A stretch of DNA of 64,000 nucleotides. Origin: Candidatus Bathyarchaeota archaeon (GTDB lineage Archaea > Thermoproteota > Bathyarchaeia > Bathyarchaeales > Bathycorpusculaceae). This document shows positions 60,794-64,000 of the stretch, piece after piece. The notes beneath the pieces were generated by a model that saw only the letters and a list, made by a program, of their open reading frames with translations, made no database searches and was not told where the DNA came from. The position numbers and the translations under genes are program-made. Where the stretch lies: NCBI GenBank assembly GCA_963777155.1, contig CAVZPM010000035.1, positions 11,376 through 75,375 of the forward strand. The letters are read 5' to 3'. Positions within the stretch are counted from its first letter, which is position 1; each line of letters starts with the position of its first letter.

Positions 60794-62695
60794 TTAAGCC
60801 TCTTTTGTATCAATTATGTCCTGGTAATCTTGCATTCCTAACGCGTGTAACTTGGCTTTTGTGGGTACGCCTTCAACGTTCCAACCGCGAGCTTGATAAT
60901 AGTCGTCAAGCATAAGGTCAAGTTCGTCTTGGGTTACAACGGCGCCTTTTACTGGTCCGTCATCGCTTATTGGTTGATTCATGACTTTCCAGGGCAACGT
61001 GTCGTCTTTTCTGCCAAGTCCTTCTCGGGTGTTGATGAGTTTGGCAAGTGTATTGATTCGTTCGCCGGCAACTTTAAGTTCGTCTGCAGTTACAGCCTCG
61101 CCCGTGACTAGACTGTACAGTTTGGCCATTTCAGGGAGCTCTTTGTAGAGGGTTCCTTTAGCGTTTTTGCATATGATAAGCGAATCGATCAATGCATAGA
61201 CGTCTTCGGCATCTTTGACTAGTTTGCCTCTGCCTTTTTCTGCTTTCAGCCTGTTAACGTCGCCTTTCAGATCGAAGGTGTAAGCGCCGCTTCTGTTTTG
61301 GTCTGCGCCCCTGAAGGACACCGCGGAACCTAAAGCGGCTGTTTTTAGACAGCGCAGGTCATAACCCGTGACTTCTAAGCCTTTGATTTGCATAGCAAGT
61401 TTCATGGAGTCCTTGCCGATTTTTTCGGCTGCAATCTTTACTCCGTCAGCCAGCATTTCGCCGATTCCTTCGCGTTTCCCGATTTTCTCAATTAATTGTA
61501 TGAGTGCTTCTGCGTTTCCGAAGTGGGCGTCTAACCCGCCAAGCTCTTCGTGGGTGAGGATGCCTTTTTCGTGGCAGTCCATTACGAAACTGATTGTTAC
61601 GCCGACGCTTTGTGCGTCAAGGCCGTAGTAGTTGCAGAGTTCTGCAGCTTTTATTATTGCGTCTAGTTTGTCTACGCCGCAGTTGGGTCCCAACGCCCAT
61701 AGGTTGTCATATTCCATACGTGCCAAAGTACCTTTGAAAGGTCCTTCGCGTATGAGGGCTTCGTGCTCGCAGCGCATGGCGCATGAGTTGCAAGCGATGA
61801 TTTTTGTTATGTAGCGTTCGTTGAGTACTTCAGCGCTGACTTTTTGAGCATTTTCAAAATGTGAGTTGTTGAAGTTGCGTGTGGGTAAACAAGTTAGGTT
61901 ATTTTGGGTCATGAGGTTTTCGGTTGTTCCAAGGGTTCGATATTTCTGGGCTGCTGGGCCTTTCATGCGTTCATGGAACTCCTTGACCATCTCTATGAAT
62001 TCTTCAGGTTTAGCGACCATTATATCGCGGGTTCCGCGGACAGCGATAGCTTTTACGTTCTTGCTTCCCATAACTGCGCCAAGCCCAGTTCGTCCGGCTG
62101 CACGGGTTTTCTCGTTTATTATACAGGCAATTTTTGATTGCTTTTCACCTGCTAAACCGATAGATGCTACGCGGATGTAGTAGTCGCCTATTTCAGCTTT
62201 TATAGCATCTTCAGTTTCGAAGGGTGATTTACCCCAAACGTTTGAAGCATCAAGCAGTTGGACTGTATCGTCGTCAATCCAGATGTAAATGGGCTTTTCA
62301 GCCTTACCTGTTAAAATTACAGCGTCATATCCTGCCCTTTTCATTTCAGCTCCAAAGGTGCCGTGGCTTACTGCTTCTCCGACACCGTTTGTTTCTGGTG
62401 ACTTAGAAATGAATGCGTGACCATTTCCGCCAGTCGGAAACATAGTTCCTGAAACTGGACCAACAGCTAGTACAAGTGGGTTTTCTGCGCTAAGCGGGTC
62501 AACGCCTGCTTTTGAGTTGGATAACCAAAGGTTCATACCAAGGCCGATGCCGCCGATGTATTTTTTGGCGACTTCCTCGCTTAATTTTTCGGTGCGAGTT
62601 TTGCCTGTGGTTAAATTAATGTATAAGATTGTTCCTGCGTAACCTAGCAAACCTTGTTCCTCCAAGAGTTTTGAATATTTAGTGCGGTTGAACAA
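60794..62695 (-). CDS. aor: Aldehyde:ferredoxin oxidoreductase (W/Mo-pterin)
   Basis: GYAGTILYINLT, AAGRTGLGAVMGSKNVKAI, CNSCAMRC, DYYQARGW. Confidence 0.93.
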   Translation of the reverse strand: MFNRTKYSKLLEEQGLLGYAGTILYINLTTGKTRTEKLSEEVAKKYIGGIGLGMNLWLSNSKAGVDPLSAENPLVLAVGPVSGTMFPTGGNGHAFISKSPETNGVGEAVSHGTFGAEMKRAGYDAVILTGKAEKPIYIWIDDDTVQLLDASNVWGKSPFETEDAIKAEIGDYYIRVASIGLAGEKQSKIACIINEKTRAAGRTGLGAVMGSKNVKAIAVRGTRDIMVAKPEEFIEMVKEFHERMKGPAAQKYRTLGTTENLMTQNNLTCLPTRNFNNSHFENAQKVSAEVLNERYITKIIACNSCAMRCEHEALIREGPFKGTLARMEYDNLWALGPNCGVDKLDAIIKAAELCNYYGLDAQSVGVTISFVMDCHEKGILTHEELGGLDAHFGNAEALIQLIEKIGKREGIGEMLADGVKIAAEKIGKDSMKLAMQIKGLEVTGYDLRCLKTAALGSAVSFRGADQNRSGAYTFDLKGDVNRLKAEKGRGKLVKDAEDVYALIDSLIICKNAKGTLYKELPEMAKLYSLVTGEAVTADELKVAGERINTLAKLINTREGLGRKDDTLPWKVMNQPISDDGPVKGAVVTQDELDLMLDDYYQARGWNVEGVPTKAKLHALGMQDYQDIIDTKEA

Positions 62696-62875
62696 TATAT
62701 TAAGTTAATGGGTTCTTAGTTTAGAAATTCACGGGTTTCTATGAAGGTCAAAACGCCGTCATGTATTTTCAGGCATAACGCAATGTAATGTTTTTGTGGG
62801 CAAAAACCGTGCTAAGAAAGAAAAGAAATATCAGAACCCAACAACAAACAATAAACTAGAGCAGGAGGCGAGAAA

Positions 62876-63163
62876 ATGCAGGTGAAAGTACACTACATCA
62901 GCTTAGTTAAATCCTATACAAACACAAGCCAAGACGAATTCACATTGCCAGACAAAACCGTTCTGTCAGTACTTCTCGACAAAATCGCTGAGGACTACGG
63001 AAAACCATTCACTCAAGAAGTCTATGACCCAGTCAAGAAAGAGATGAAAGCCTCCTTTGTCGCTATGGTCAACGGCGTTTTGATGGACCAACTCAATGGT
63101 TTAAACACCCCTCTCAAAGATCGCGACAGCGTCATTTTGATGTCGCTGATGACAGGCGGCTAA
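62876..63163 (+). CDS. MoaD/ThiS/SAMP ubiquitin-like sulfur carrier
   Basis: Beta-grasp pattern, MVNG, C-terminal GG; divergent from aor. Confidence 0.88.
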   Translation: MQVKVHYISLVKSYTNTSQDEFTLPDKTVLSVLLDKIAEDYGKPFTQEVYDPVKKEMKASFVAMVNGVLMDQLNGLNTPLKDRDSVILMSLMTGG

Positions 63164-63214
63164 ACCATAGTTTAAACTTAAAAAGGAAAACTATCATATT
63201 TCTCGAGGAAAAAA

Positions 63215-63532
63215 ATGCCTAAAAAAATTCTACTCTACTACGGATTCACCTTTGCCATCTACATTTTTTTTATTATTTTAGCCCTTAACATACGAGTTCT
63301 TTGGGTCAGCGCTATCTTTGTCTTAGTTTTTGGCTCAGGCATCGCTATACCAATCCTCTGGAAATACCATTATAAGCACTCTGGTAAACGGGAAAAAGAA
63401 CGGATGATTGCTCAAAAACAAATTAACAGCCACTACTACAACCGATGGTACACACCAGCCGACTCAACCGAACTCGACTATCAAATTGAACGCATCAAAA
63501 AAAAGAAAACGCTTTTGACATCTACAAGATAA
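63215..63532 (+). CDS. Small membrane protein (2 TM plus basic tail)
   Basis: Two hydrophobic segments at the N-terminus. Confidence 0.6.
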   Translation: MPKKILLYYGFTFAIYIFFIILALNIRVLWVSAIFVLVFGSGIAIPILWKYHYKHSGKREKERMIAQKQINSHYYNRWYTPADSTELDYQIERIKKKKTLLTSTR

Positions 63533-63584
63533 AGAAAAAAATTATTAAAGAAAAGTTGGCGCTAAAGCGCAAAGGAATTGATAT

Positions 63585-64000
63585 TCATTTTGTTTTGTTG
63601 GCTTCTGCTTCGGCTGTTTGGAACAGGTTCTTGACCGCTTTCTGCCGGTACTTCTGTGCTAATGTCTCTGCACTGACAAAGGTCAGGGCTTCTTCTGGGC
63701 ACCATTTGACGCATTGGGGTTCTTTGGTTTCGTTGTCGGTGCAACTATTACAGGTGAATACTACTTTTTTTTCTGGATGCATGTTCATGGCGCCGAATTG
63801 GCATGCGCTGATGCACCATCCGCAGCCGTTGCATGCGTTTTCGTCAACACGAATTATGCCGCTATCACATTCTTGTTTCAGAGCGTCTCTTGGGCAAGCT
63901 GCTACGCATGCTGGGTCTTCGCAGTGTCTGCAGGTAACTGCAAGGTTTACTAATGGACCTATGCGCATAGCGCGTATTCGTGATTTGGTTGGGTTGAAGG
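63585..64000 (-). CDS. 4Fe-4S dicluster protein, paralog of 60298-60789 (5' end outside window)
   Basis: CRHCEDPACVAACP, CNGCGWCISAC, CVKWCPEEA. Confidence 0.9.
   Translation of the reverse strand, partial: FNPTKSRIRAMRIGPLVNLAVTCRHCEDPACVAACPRDALKQECDSGIIRVDENACNGCGWCISACQFGAMNMHPEKKVVFTCNSCTDNETKEPQCVKWCPEEALTFVSAETLAQKYRQKAVKNLFQTAEAEANKTK

Overview
Archaeal chromosomal segment, most likely Bathyarchaeia (TACK). This is inferred from a fused RpoA'/A'', a CdvB-CdvA-CdvB-CdvC (ESCRT) operon, methanopterin-type pterin genes, AOR and an intron-containing tRNA. Most of it is housekeeping: pyrD, a pterin/methanopterin cluster, lipS2, cdv, katG, apgM, Lhr, moaABC, cdc6, pdaD, nucS, rpoB-rpoA-rpl30e-nusA, tRNA-Leu(CAA), pepF, uppP and AOR. 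About ten genes, including rpoB, are split by 1-nt indels that look like long-read assembly errors. The strongest candidate for an undescribed system is a tightly coupled three-gene operon at 41089-44473. It encodes a short SMC ATPase with SMC5/6-type head motifs and no recognisable hinge, an ScpA-type kleisin, and an Nse1/Nse3-like tandem winged-helix (KITE) protein. Other observations: an unannotated 16-aa Lys-rich micro-gene with its own expression signals, apparent non-canonical starts (ACG for nusA, ATT for cdvB), a near-copy of the tRNA intron flanking an orphan antitoxin-like gene, a LysW-like Zn-ribbon lacking EDWGE, and several long intergenic hairpins. Family assignments come from motif recognition by eye; no database searches were run.
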